A stretch of 64,000 nucleotides of DNA from a virus (Duplodnaviria > Caudoviricetes): positions 64,001 to 128,000 of IMG/VR virus record IMGVR_UViG_3300017716_001697. One strand, 5' to 3'. The notes beneath the pieces are model-generated. The model was not told the origin of the DNA and searched no databases. It saw nothing but the letters and a program-made list of their open reading frames with translations. This document shows positions 40,183-49,603 of the stretch, one piece after another; the first letter of the stretch is position 1; the number at the start of each line of letters is the position of its first letter. Both the position numbers and the translations under genes were made by a program.

Positions 40183-40392
40183 GTGGAATATATCGAAGAA
40201 TATAGTGATGTGTATTGCAGCAAATCTCTGTGTGGTAAATTAATACCAACGGAACACATTAACTGGGATTACTGCTTCGATTATGATGGTAACGACCGTG
40301 TACATACATACGGTCGTTACCAGTGTCCATACTGTGGGCACGATGAGTCATTTGCGACAAACGATCCTTACGAGGACGATGAAGATGAATAA
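40183..40392 (+). CDS. small zinc-ribbon protein
   Basis: CSKSLC...CPYCGH. Confidence 0.55.
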   Translation: MEYIEEYSDVYCSKSLCGKLIPTEHINWDYCFDYDGNDRVHTYGRYQCPYCGHDESFATNDPYEDDEDE

Positions 40393-40828
40393 TACAATTA
40401 TCGGTGTTACAGCAGGAAGTTTTGATTTAACCCATGCTGGCCATTATTTGATGTTTGAAGAATGCAAAGGTCAGTGTGATTACCTTATTGTGTTTCTTCA
40501 GACAAACCCACATGTTGATAGGGCTGACAAAAACATTCCTGTACAGAGTATAAATGAGCGATACCTACAAGTGCGGGCCTGCAAATTCGTAGACGAAGTG
40601 GTAGTATATGAGACTGAACAAGATTTATATAACCTCTTGTGTTCTATAAAATATGATAAACGGTTTATTGGGGCAGATTGGCAAGGTAAATCGTTCACTG
40701 GCCATGACATTCCGGGTATAACGAACAAAGTTGTGTTCAATTCCAGAAATCATGGATTCTCCACAAGCAATCTAAGAAAAAGAGTATACGAGGCCGAACA
40801 TGTCAAAAATGCTGACTTGGCGAGTTAA
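40385..40828 (+). CDS. cytidylyltransferase family protein (TagD/RfaE-II-like)
   Basis: GSFDLTHAGH (HXGH), ACKFVDEV, GADW, GFSTS. Confidence 0.88.
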   Translation: MNNTIIGVTAGSFDLTHAGHYLMFEECKGQCDYLIVFLQTNPHVDRADKNIPVQSINERYLQVRACKFVDEVVVYETEQDLYNLLCSIKYDKRFIGADWQGKSFTGHDIPGITNKVVFNSRNHGFSTSNLRKRVYEAEHVKNADLAS

Positions 40829-41090
40829 TATAGAGTACGGACCTACCGCGGCTGACTGTCATTCTATTACAGTGCTGGCTACAACTAGTAAATCTGCGTT
40901 AAAAGAGGCCGAAATCTGGGCTAAAAAACATATGGTCAAGTCACCTATGTTTAGCGAACCGTGCCCTGCGGAGATGCCGCCTGATGTGCCTAATATTGAT
41001 GACGATTATACGGAAATTTTAGAATGGACTGTCGAAGAGGAAGAAGCATTCCTGGATATCTTAAATAATTCAGTAAATAAGAAAGATTAA
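40800..41090 (+). CDS. hypothetical protein
   Basis: 96-aa ORF, GAGG SD. Confidence 0.55.
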   Translation: MSKMLTWRVNIEYGPTAADCHSITVLATTSKSALKEAEIWAKKHMVKSPMFSEPCPAEMPPDVPNIDDDYTEILEWTVEEEEAFLDILNNSVNKKD

Positions 41091-41092
41091 TA

Positions 41093-41371
41093 ATGGAACT
41101 CTTACGTTTTATTAAATGGCAATGGAATAGATTCCAGTATGACGAAATTGTACTTGGTTTCGACCTTATTGCTACATCTAGTACCTATGCATACGTGTGG
41201 TACACAAATAGTTTCTTGTTAGCATTACTAGTATCAGCGGGCGTATTCTTCGGAATTGTGCTAATTGCTGTGATTGGACAACGGATTCATAAACAGTGGA
41301 AGTTGTATATCCAGGACAGAGATAGAGAAGCACAGCGTATTGTGGATAGATTGCGCGGCGGATCGCGATAG
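41093..41371 (+). CDS. small membrane protein
   Basis: Two hydrophobic segments. Confidence 0.6.
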   Translation: MELLRFIKWQWNRFQYDEIVLGFDLIATSSTYAYVWYTNSFLLALLVSAGVFFGIVLIAVIGQRIHKQWKLYIQDRDREAQRIVDRLRGGSR

Positions 41372-41452
41372 TATATAATTTATACTGAAGACGATAAATA
41401 AAATTATGCAGAGATAGACTCTGCACTAAACAACTATTTCAAGGATTTTGAA

Positions 41453-42484
41453 ATGACAAAACAATTTGACACCCTAGTCCTAATCGGACGCTTTCAGCCA
41501 GTTCACAGTGCCCACGCAGAGATGATCCGCCGTGCGACCGAATTGGCAAAACAACTAATTATTATTGTTGGTTCTGCAAAGCAACCAAGAACCTTTAAGA
41601 ACCCCTGGTCCAGCACTGAGCGTCGAATGATGCTGCAAAACGTATGCGATACTATGCCGCAGAATAACTGTGCGATCCGCATCGAAGAAAATATCGACAC
41701 AATTTACAATAACCCGGCCTGGGCAGCTCGTGTGCAAACCATTGTTGGCAAGCATACGCAATCCGGAGATAGCATCGGTATTATCGGTCACAAGAAAGAC
41801 CCTTCAACAGAAGAATACCTCAACATGTTTCCACAGTGGGGATTACTCGAAGTTGAATTGATCCAACCACTCCATGCTACAAATATTCGGGATCTATATT
41901 TCAAAAGGAATGCAAACCTAAACTTCTTGCGTAATGTGGTACCACAGCCAGTAATGCGTTTGCTGGAAGGTTGGATTGATACTCCTGATTATCTGCAAGT
42001 CATTGCTGAACGTGAGTTTATAGAAAAGTACAAACAACAATACGCATCACTGCCGTACCCGCCAGTCTTTGTCACAGCAGATGCCGCAGTGATTCAATCC
42101 GGGCATGTATTGATGATCAAACGTCGTGCCGAACCAGGTAAAGGACTTTGGGCATTACCGGGTGGATATCTTAACGCAGATACTGACCGCAGTGTTGAGC
42201 ATACCATGTTACGTGAATTGCGTGAAGAAACTGGGCTAAAGGTTCCTCCTCCGGTTCTAAAAGGTAGCATTAAGGACCAGAGAATATTTGACGCAATTGA
42301 CCGCAGCCCACGAGGACGCATTATTACGGATTGTTTCAAGATTGTATTACCAGACGGTGCGTTACCTAAGGTAAGGGGTGATGACGATGCTGAAAAAGCA
42401 AAGTGGGTACCAATTAGCGAAGTAGATTCGAGCAAGTGTTTCGAAGATCACTACGATATGATTCAATGGGCCGTAGGAGCATAA
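41453..42484 (+). CDS. nadM: bifunctional NMN adenylyltransferase / ADP-ribose pyrophosphatase (NadM-Nudix)
   Basis: IGRFQPVHSAH, GSA..KNPW, GHKKD; Nudix box GG.L......EHTMLRELREETGL. Confidence 0.95.
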   Translation: MTKQFDTLVLIGRFQPVHSAHAEMIRRATELAKQLIIIVGSAKQPRTFKNPWSSTERRMMLQNVCDTMPQNNCAIRIEENIDTIYNNPAWAARVQTIVGKHTQSGDSIGIIGHKKDPSTEEYLNMFPQWGLLEVELIQPLHATNIRDLYFKRNANLNFLRNVVPQPVMRLLEGWIDTPDYLQVIAEREFIEKYKQQYASLPYPPVFVTADAAVIQSGHVLMIKRRAEPGKGLWALPGGYLNADTDRSVEHTMLRELREETGLKVPPPVLKGSIKDQRIFDAIDRSPRGRIITDCFKIVLPDGALPKVRGDDDAEKAKWVPISEVDSSKCFEDHYDMIQWAVGA

Positions 42485-42485
42485 C

Positions 42486-42809
42486 ATGTCCGGTATTAAG
42501 ATTAAATTAGATGATATTACCATAGGCCCTAAGGATCCGGACGAATTTCAGGCTGTGGTATGGGCATACGAATTAGATAAGCTAGGTTATCGCCGCACAA
42601 GTAATGCGTATTGTTTAATTGGTAGAGTAGACCGTGATGATTGGTATAAGGTCCTTGCTGTAAAGATGAGAGGGTGCCCTGCTGATTTCTATATGACTGA
42701 TGGTTCGGGTCTTAGTGACCGGTGGAAAGGGTATTATATCCGCCAATATACAACAGATAAACATACAGTGGCACCTGCCATTCTACGCAAGTTAAGAACA
42801 GCGCAATAA
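42486..42809 (+). CDS. hypothetical protein
   Basis: 107-aa ORF. Confidence 0.55.
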   Translation: MSGIKIKLDDITIGPKDPDEFQAVVWAYELDKLGYRRTSNAYCLIGRVDRDDWYKVLAVKMRGCPADFYMTDGSGLSDRWKGYYIRQYTTDKHTVAPAILRKLRTAQ

Positions 42810-42818
42810 GGAAATAAT

Positions 42819-43064
42819 ATGAGTTATAATTTTGATTTTGCAGTCTCAGCCACCATTTCGCAGAAGATTGTCGAAGAAATGGTTAAGAAATGTGTTGAGG
42901 AACAGACAGGTAGGAAGGTAGCAGAGATTACCTTCAAAACCAAAGGCTACAGTGACCAAATGGATAGATACACATCATATGGATGTGATGGATGCACTGT
43001 GACATTTGCTGATGCGAATGGTATCGGACAGAGCATTTCACGTGGGCACAACGGAGATAGATAA
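42819..43064 (+). CDS. hypothetical protein
   Basis: AAGGA SD, 81 aa. Confidence 0.55.
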   Translation: MSYNFDFAVSATISQKIVEEMVKKCVEEQTGRKVAEITFKTKGYSDQMDRYTSYGCDGCTVTFADANGIGQSISRGHNGDR

Positions 43065-43312
43065 TGCCATATTATGTCCGTATCAATCGAATGAATGGTA
43101 GAAATGATTTTTATAATCTTGCTAAAAATTTAGATGAACACGGATATGATGATCGAGTCGAGTATTTTAAGGGTGGGTGGATAGATAATTTAATATATAC
43201 TGCTGCTCCGCACTTAAAATTTGTGCTAGAAGAAGATGCATTAGCATACTCATTGACATATGGCACAACCTATAGTACAATTATACCAAGAGACATAAGT
43301 TTAACAGTATGA
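43064..43312 (+). CDS. small hypothetical protein
   Basis: Coupled start; FVLEEDALAYSLTYG motif. Confidence 0.55.
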   Translation: MPYYVRINRMNGRNDFYNLAKNLDEHGYDDRVEYFKGGWIDNLIYTAAPHLKFVLEEDALAYSLTYGTTYSTIIPRDISLTV

Positions 43313-43542
43313 TGTATTTTGTTTTTGGAGAAGAAGTACAAAAGAGATTTAATGTACCGGAGATTGTATCATTCAATGGTCCTTCAAAATATAGCATGCA
43401 TTATGCCGCTAATATTATGATAGAGACAACACACAATGATATTATATGCCGTAAGAATAGATATGGATCTATTGACAATTTTTCGAGGGAAGATGCTGCC
43501 TTTATAGTTTTAAAAGCAGTACCAATAAAGTCCTGGAGATAG
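43309..43542 (+). CDS. small hypothetical protein
   Basis: ATGA overlap. Confidence 0.5.
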   Translation: MMYFVFGEEVQKRFNVPEIVSFNGPSKYSMHYAANIMIETTHNDIICRKNRYGSIDNFSREDAAFIVLKAVPIKSWR

Positions 43543-43576
43543 ACTCTGGGCAATTTTTTAATAAAGGATATTTATT

Positions 43577-45049
43577 ATGTTAGAACTAATCAAATCATTT
43601 AACATCATCTTGGCTGCTGACACATACAAGTTTGATCACGCTTACGAGTATCAAGAGGATACAAAGCAATTGTACTCGGTAATGGTGCCACGCAAAGCTA
43701 GCAAGTACTCCGACAAGATTGTAGCCGTTGGTCAGACAATGGTTGCCTATCTTATGTCTAAGATCAGAGTCACTGAAGAAATGATCGACGAAGCTGAAAT
43801 CGAAATTAATCAACAAGGTTATGAGTTTAACCGCAAGGGCTGGGAAATTATCGTTCGCGAAATGGGCGGCCGCCTTCCACTTGCTGTATATGCCGTCGAA
43901 GAAGGTCGTGTCGTGACACCACAGACACCTGTTATGGGCATTATCAATACAGACGACCGGTTTGCGTGGCTTGTTTCTTATGTGGAAACATGGGTGCAAG
44001 AAATTGTGTGGAAGATGTCTACTGTAGCAAGTATGAGTCGCGCCGCTCGCGCCATGTTTAAGAAATTTATGGTGTTGACTGGCGCAGATATGTCTATGCT
44101 GGAATATAAGTACCATAATTTCGGTGACCGTGGCGCAGATAGCCCCGACGAAGCACCTATCATGGCAGCAATTGCACATGCATTGTTGTTTAGTGGTAGT
44201 GATTGTGCTCGTGCAAACAGAATGATCAAGACTTTGTACAGAACTACAAAGGCATATACCAGTTCTGTGGTGGCCACCGAACACTCAGTTATGTGCTCGC
44301 ACTCCAATGCATTAACAAGGGATGATTTTGGTGCAGCTAAAATGGCTGTAGCACGTTTACACAAGGTTGTTGAACGTACTAAGGCAGGAATCGGTATTCC
44401 GTTGATGTCTGTTGTTATTGATACATATGACAGTCGCAGATTTGTACGTGACTATATGGGTGGAACGTTCAAAGACGAAATTATTAACTCCGGTGGCAAA
44501 ATGGTAATGCGCCCTGATAGCGGTGATATCAAAGTTGAGCCAGTTATGGTAATGAAGGACCTTGATTCCACGTTCGGTGCAACACTAAACGATGCTGGTT
44601 ACAAGGTATTGCATCCTGCGGTTGCTGTTCTCCAGGGCGACGGTGTTAAGATTACTACATTAGAGGGACTTCTGCAATCAGTAGTTGATGCCAATTTTTC
44701 TATTGATAATATTGCGTGCGGTTCTGGTGCAGGCATCACACACGAAGGTGCCCGTGATGACTTTAGCTTTAGCATGAAGGCTGTTGCACGTTACGATGGC
44801 ACACAGTGGATTCGTTTGCTGAAAGAGCCTATCACAGACCTCGGTAAGAAGTCGCTCACCGGCCTTGTACGTTGCTACGAAGATGAAAACGGTAATCTTG
44901 CAGTTAAGGATTACCTTGTTAATGGTATTGCACCAATTAACTCGTTCTTGCAAGAAGGTCCGGGATGGAGATTGTGGGCTAAGGATGGGCATCAAACACA
45001 CATCCAATCATTCGACTCTGCTAGAGAGTTTGCACGCGCCGGTCTGTAA
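43577..45049 (+). CDS. nadV: nicotinamide phosphoribosyltransferase (NAMPT)
   Basis: DTYK, HNFGDRG, ATEHSVM, IDTYD, RPDSGD, QGDG, GSG, RDDFSFSMKA. Confidence 0.92.
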   Translation: MLELIKSFNIILAADTYKFDHAYEYQEDTKQLYSVMVPRKASKYSDKIVAVGQTMVAYLMSKIRVTEEMIDEAEIEINQQGYEFNRKGWEIIVREMGGRLPLAVYAVEEGRVVTPQTPVMGIINTDDRFAWLVSYVETWVQEIVWKMSTVASMSRAARAMFKKFMVLTGADMSMLEYKYHNFGDRGADSPDEAPIMAAIAHALLFSGSDCARANRMIKTLYRTTKAYTSSVVATEHSVMCSHSNALTRDDFGAAKMAVARLHKVVERTKAGIGIPLMSVVIDTYDSRRFVRDYMGGTFKDEIINSGGKMVMRPDSGDIKVEPVMVMKDLDSTFGATLNDAGYKVLHPAVAVLQGDGVKITTLEGLLQSVVDANFSIDNIACGSGAGITHEGARDDFSFSMKAVARYDGTQWIRLLKEPITDLGKKSLTGLVRCYEDENGNLAVKDYLVNGIAPINSFLQEGPGWRLWAKDGHQTHIQSFDSAREFARAGL

Positions 45050-45061
45050 ATGATCAGTCGT

Positions 45062-45088
45062 AGAAAAGGGGCTTTAAGCCCCTTTTCT
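45062..45088. terminator. bidirectional intrinsic terminator
   Basis: AGAAAAGGGGCT / AGCCCCTTTTCT between convergent genes. Confidence 0.9.
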
Positions 45089-46410
45089 TATTTCATAATC
45101 TTTTCTACAAATTCTTTCAATTTCTTACCATATTCTGTGTCAGCAAGTTTGTCAGTTGCTTTATCGATGCCACTCTGGCGTTTCTTTTCTTTAGGTGTCT
45201 CATCTGCTGTGTTATATGGCTTGTCAGCATTCTTCTTAGCAGCCTTATAACCTTCGCCGCTTGCTCTATCAGACATATCCCTGGATGATTTCTTTACATA
45301 AGACTTTAACGTGTCTTTGCTTACTTCGTTTAGAACTTCAGCCACAAATTTGCCTAATTTAGCGGCATATGTTGCCTCTACAGACTCTTGTAGTCGCGGA
45401 TCGCCCTTTGCCCTTGCATCCTTGTCAATTCGTGCATTATCTTCACGATCTTGTACCCTGCGCAGACCTTGTATGCGATTACTTGCTTGGCGCATGTTGG
45501 TAGGAACAGTATTTCGCACTTTATCCTTATAATTCTTCAATGTTTCTGAGTCGTCCTTCAATTCATTCACCTTTACTGTTTGTCCACGCCATGTATCCTT
45601 GGTGCCGTTTAACGTTTTTTCGTAACTAACATCATTAGATGGTGCAGAACGGTTGATTCCGCCCATACTGCCTTCGGATGCTACAACAGGTTTACCTGCC
45701 AGCCCTTTGAAGTTTGTATTCGCACCATGACCTAATGTCCTTCCCGATTTTCCTGACATAGCATCGCGCACTCCGCCAATATGTCTGCTACCGAAGCCCG
45801 GTTCTTCTGATTTTCTTGGGCCGTTATATGCACCCATCTTCACATTACCACCCTTGGCAACAAAATCAGCAATTGCAGGATCGTCTGTGTTATATGGTGC
45901 ACTATTATCTCTTTGTGCCGCTGGCTTATGAGCATACGAAACACGTTGGGTTGCTACTTTTGGTTGACCATTGCGATCAAGTGGTACACCACCCGGTCCC
46001 TTAACAAATCTTCCTTCGTCTACTTCTTTTGTGGTAGGTGCAGCTTTGACACCATGTTTATTCCTAATATTCATTTCGCGCTCTGCTCTACGCTCAGCCT
46101 TAGCAGTTGCTACAGGATCTTTAAAATCCATCGGTTGTTCTGAACGCCATTTCGACGCCTTTGCTGCCCATGTTTTTTCTGTACCCATGTCGAGTTCATT
46201 TATTTGCTCTTCATTTGCGGTAGCACGATCGTCTCTTTGTTGCTGCTCTGCACGATCTTGATCGGCATGATAGGCATTTCTTGCATGATCATTGCCCGGG
46301 ACTGCCGGCAAACCAGGTTTACCCTTGTGTTTCGCCAATAAATCTTTTACCCTGTTGCCGGCTTCGTCGGGAGTAGGGATGGAATTTTCGTTAATATCTG
46401 TTAGCTTCAT
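45088..46410 (-). CDS. late, modular K/R/D/E-rich protein (putative internal head protein)
   Basis: Own GATAAATA at 46433-46440 (minus), AAGGA SD, MKLTDINE start, recurrent (I/V/L)xE sites. Confidence 0.65.
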   Translation of the reverse strand: MKLTDINENSIPTPDEAGNRVKDLLAKHKGKPGLPAVPGNDHARNAYHADQDRAEQQQRDDRATANEEQINELDMGTEKTWAAKASKWRSEQPMDFKDPVATAKAERRAEREMNIRNKHGVKAAPTTKEVDEGRFVKGPGGVPLDRNGQPKVATQRVSYAHKPAAQRDNSAPYNTDDPAIADFVAKGGNVKMGAYNGPRKSEEPGFGSRHIGGVRDAMSGKSGRTLGHGANTNFKGLAGKPVVASEGSMGGINRSAPSNDVSYEKTLNGTKDTWRGQTVKVNELKDDSETLKNYKDKVRNTVPTNMRQASNRIQGLRRVQDREDNARIDKDARAKGDPRLQESVEATYAAKLGKFVAEVLNEVSKDTLKSYVKKSSRDMSDRASGEGYKAAKKNADKPYNTADETPKEKKRQSGIDKATDKLADTEYGKKLKEFVEKIMK

Positions 46411-46432
46411 ACGAATCCTTTTATCTTTTCTA

Positions 46433-46440
46433 TATTTATC
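46433..46440 (-). promoter_or_regulatory. late promoter motif GATAAATA (minus-strand gene)
   Basis: TATTTATC on the plus strand, upstream of 46410. Confidence 0.75.
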
Positions 46441-46453
46441 CGATACAGGCAAC

Positions 46454-46483
46454 TTGACTTCACAATGTAGTTTATGGTATAAT
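46454..46483 (+). promoter_or_regulatory. sigma70-type promoter (cell wall hydrolase)
   Basis: TTGACT-18-TATAAT with TG extension. Confidence 0.75.
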
Positions 46484-46537
46484 AATATTGCTAAATAATT
46501 ATTCCCTGTGAGTTAAAGGGGAATTTAGGAGAGAAAG

Positions 46538-47074
46538 ATGATAACAGCAAAAATATTGCTCGCTTATCTTCTTCAATCAGCTGACATAAGTGGTTTAACC
46601 ATTGACACACAAAAGATAGATCTAAAAGAGGCATATTGCCTTGCTGAGAATATCTATTATGAAGCTAAAGGAGAAGATATAAAGGGCCAATTTGCAGTTG
46701 CTTCTGTTACCCTCAACCGTGCAAAGGATGCACGGTTTCCAAATACGATATGTGGCGTTGTTCAGCAGTCTGCTCGCTCACGTATCACAAATGGACTTGT
46801 CTGCGCTTTTTCATGGTATTGCGAAAATGACAAGAAGGGTAAAGAAATACCTGTTAAAAATAAAGACGGATCCATCAATCAGGCGATTGTAGATCAATTT
46901 CAAGTAGCCAGTATTGTAGCGATTACTGTGCTAGGTGGAAACGTCGAAGACAATACGAAAGGCGCCACGCATTTTCATAACCCGAGTACAAGCAATCCTG
47001 CTTGGAAACATCAGTTAACGAAAACAATGACGATTGGCAATCACGCCTTTTATAGGTTACCACCAATTCGGTAG
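46538..47074 (+). CDS. cell wall hydrolase (SleB/Hydrolase_2 family)
   Basis: CLAENIYYEAKGE...VASVTLNR...FPNTICGVV.Q...FSW...GATHFH...IGNHAFY. Confidence 0.92.
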   Translation: MITAKILLAYLLQSADISGLTIDTQKIDLKEAYCLAENIYYEAKGEDIKGQFAVASVTLNRAKDARFPNTICGVVQQSARSRITNGLVCAFSWYCENDKKGKEIPVKNKDGSINQAIVDQFQVASIVAITVLGGNVEDNTKGATHFHNPSTSNPAWKHQLTKTMTIGNHAFYRLPPIR

Positions 47075-47084
47075 CATGACACAT

Positions 47085-47109
47085 AACGGGGCTTCGGCCC
47101 CGTTTCTTT
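47085..47109 (+). terminator. intrinsic terminator with C(UUCG)G loop
   Basis: AACGGGGC-TTCG-GCCCCGTT. Confidence 0.85.
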
Positions 47110-47119
47110 AGAAAGATTT

Positions 47120-47362
47120 ATGAGCTATAACGGTGCATATTGGCTTCATCCGAGCAACATTATTACACGATGGTATAAACGTAAATTTGCTATTCTCCCT
47201 GTTATATGTAATGGTGAGCGTATATGGTTTAAATTCTATTACCAGAAACACAACATGTATGGCCGCGACAAATCTGTTCCGGGCAGTACCTTTGCAATAA
47301 CTGAAGTAACATGTATTACTGAAGCAGATTATATTGTTGACAAACTAACCAACGGCTTTTAA
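47120..47362 (+). CDS. small hypothetical protein (tandem paralog 1)
   Basis: KFAILP...W...YY...EADYIVDKLTNGF. Confidence 0.6.
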   Translation: MSYNGAYWLHPSNIITRWYKRKFAILPVICNGERIWFKFYYQKHNMYGRDKSVPGSTFAITEVTCITEADYIVDKLTNGF

Positions 47363-47363
47363 A

Positions 47364-47603
47364 ATGGTGATGCCTGCCCATCCTTGGTCAAACCCTAAAG
47401 ATATTAGTTATCAAAGCGTAGAGATTGTGTACACGAAGAAATTCGCATTTTTACCTACTAAATGTAAAAACGATACGGTCTGGCTTAACTCGTATTATGA
47501 AAAAGATACATATATCTCGGAAGGCTTTATCCGCGCCCATGCCCATGGTGGTAATTTATCTGAGGCAGAGTGCATAATCGACAAACTAACCGGAGGCTTT
47601 TGA
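47364..47603 (+). CDS. small hypothetical protein (tandem paralog 2)
   Basis: KFAFLP...W...YY...EAECIIDKLTGGF. Confidence 0.6.
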   Translation: MVMPAHPWSNPKDISYQSVEIVYTKKFAFLPTKCKNDTVWLNSYYEKDTYISEGFIRAHAHGGNLSEAECIIDKLTGGF

Positions 47604-47628
47604 CTTTCGTTTAGAATTTCTGTACAAT
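47600..47628 (+). promoter_or_regulatory. sigma70-type promoter (thyA)
   Basis: TTGACT-17-TACAAT. Confidence 0.8.
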
Positions 47629-47647
47629 TGCGTATCGGGAGTAAGAT

Positions 47648-48532
47648 ATGCAAAATTTATTAGATTTAATGAGCGACGTTATACAGAATGGCGTCGACAA
47701 AGCTGATCGCACTGGTATCGGCTCAAGGGCAGTATTCGGGAGATTACTGCGATGGGATTTAGCGCAAGGCTTTCCCATTCAGACCACACGTAAAGTTCCT
47801 TTACGTATCGCCTTTGAAGAAACAATGTTCTTCTTACGTGGCGAAAGTCAGACAAAATTACTAGAAGAAAAGAATATCAATATCTGGAAAGGTAATACCA
47901 CCAGAGAATTCCTTGATAAGCGCGGTCTTGATTATCTAGAGGAAGGCGATATGGGTCGAGGCTACGGTGTACAATGGAGAAATTGGCGAACACCTAGTTC
48001 GATCGGAAGTCCCACCGTCACTGACCAGATTAAAGATCTGTTAGACGGTATTAAATCAGATCCATTAGGTCGCAGACACGTTGTAACTGGGTGGAATCCC
48101 GGAGAATTGCCACAAATGGCACTACCACCATGCCATATGCTTCAGATGCATTCGGTAGAACCACCTACGGCAGAGTTTTCTACTGATGCAGGTAAGTTGC
48201 ATACCTGTTTCGTTATGCGTAGCAACGATATTCCGTACGGATTACCATTCAACATCATGAGTTATGCATTAATTAATCACATCTTTGCGAAACACCTAGG
48301 ATTAATGCCCGGTGATTTAGTTTACATGGGATGGGATGCACATATCTATCAGAACCAGATGGATATGGTTAAAGAAATACTGACTCGTACACCGCGAGCA
48401 CTACCTACAGTTGTAATCAAGAAAGATCTACCTAATTTAAGCGATATTTTAGACTTACAATGGACAGATATTGAGCTTATTGGCTACGATCCTTATCCAG
48501 ACGTAGAGAACAAACCGGGGATGGCTGTATGA
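47648..48532 (+). CDS. thyA: thymidylate synthase
   Basis: DRTGIG, TTRKV, YGVQWR, MALPPCH, RSND.PYGLPFN, DAHIY. Confidence 0.97.
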   Translation: MQNLLDLMSDVIQNGVDKADRTGIGSRAVFGRLLRWDLAQGFPIQTTRKVPLRIAFEETMFFLRGESQTKLLEEKNINIWKGNTTREFLDKRGLDYLEEGDMGRGYGVQWRNWRTPSSIGSPTVTDQIKDLLDGIKSDPLGRRHVVTGWNPGELPQMALPPCHMLQMHSVEPPTAEFSTDAGKLHTCFVMRSNDIPYGLPFNIMSYALINHIFAKHLGLMPGDLVYMGWDAHIYQNQMDMVKEILTRTPRALPTVVIKKDLPNLSDILDLQWTDIELIGYDPYPDVENKPGMAV

Positions 48533-48852
48533 GCATACGGTTGGCATCTGATATCGAAAAATTAAAACTATTTGATCAACTCTTTAGTGCATTAACGGTA
48601 GACGAGATCAAAAATGCAATAGGTCCTGACCTAGTTGTAGGAAAATTGCGTGACTGTCCCACAACTCCGGGCCCTATCATGGAAATAGTTGACGAGCTTG
48701 TATCGTTACGGTCGGACGCAATGATGCTTAGGTCCGAATTTATGAGTATGCGGTCCGATATAGGGACAATGCTACGATGCATCGGGAAGCCCTACGAATC
48801 AATGTCGCAAAATGACATGAGTTCATTAAGACAGCGGTACGGCGTCTATTAA
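48529..48852 (+). CDS. hypothetical protein
   Basis: ATGA overlap with thyA. Confidence 0.6.
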   Translation: MSIRLASDIEKLKLFDQLFSALTVDEIKNAIGPDLVVGKLRDCPTTPGPIMEIVDELVSLRSDAMMLRSEFMSMRSDIGTMLRCIGKPYESMSQNDMSSLRQRYGVY

Positions 48853-48922
48853 TACTAAATACTGCTGTAACACAATGGTTACAAAAATCAAAAAACATAC
48901 CATCATAAAGGAAGGTTATCAA

Positions 48923-49603
48923 ATGTCATACAATAAAACAAAATGTGATCCAGAATTGGGTCAAAAAGTTCACCAGCATCTGTTAAACATGGGAGTCGAA
49001 ACTCCCACTAAGTCTACTACCACAGACCGTAAAGAGAAGATTGATTTAATCGAGAAAAGCTTTACTACAATTATGCATACGTTAGGGCTAGACTTAAGCG
49101 ACGATAGTCTAATCGATACACCGAAACGTGTAGCAAAAATGTACGTAAACGAAATCTTTTGGGGTCTTGATTACGATGCATTTCCTAAATGCACTACTGT
49201 CGACAACAAAATGAAGTACGACGAAATGGTAGTCGAGCGTAACGTGAATGTACAAAGTAACTGCGAACATCACTTTGTTGTTATCGACGGCGTAGCGACC
49301 GTGGCGTATATTCCTGACGAAAAGGTGCTAGGCCTATCTAAGATCAACCGTATTGTTGAATATTTCAGCAAGCGACCACAGATCCAAGAACGCCTTACTG
49401 AGCAAGTCTTTCATGCATTACAACTCATTCTGCAAACAGAGAATGTAGCGGTAGTAATCGATGCTCAACACTATTGCGTAAAGAGCAGGGGTGTAGAAGA
49501 CGTTGGCTCTAGCACAGTTACAAGTAAGTTAGGTGGTGTATTTAAGACCGACCCATCAGTTCGTACAGAATTCATGCGTCTAGTTGCTGTAAGGAAAGAA
49601 TAA
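48923..49603 (+). CDS. folE: GTP cyclohydrolase I
   Basis: DTPKRVAKMY, SNCEHH, GLSKINR, RPQIQERLTEQ, HYCVKSRG. Confidence 0.97.
   Translation: MSYNKTKCDPELGQKVHQHLLNMGVETPTKSTTTDRKEKIDLIEKSFTTIMHTLGLDLSDDSLIDTPKRVAKMYVNEIFWGLDYDAFPKCTTVDNKMKYDEMVVERNVNVQSNCEHHFVVIDGVATVAYIPDEKVLGLSKINRIVEYFSKRPQIQERLTEQVFHALQLILQTENVAVVIDAQHYCVKSRGVEDVGSSTVTSKLGGVFKTDPSVRTEFMRLVAVRKE

Noticed and set aside
43595-44284. 229-aa minus-strand ORF
   Set aside because: Shadow of nadV; Cys/His-rich composition typical of non-coding frames.
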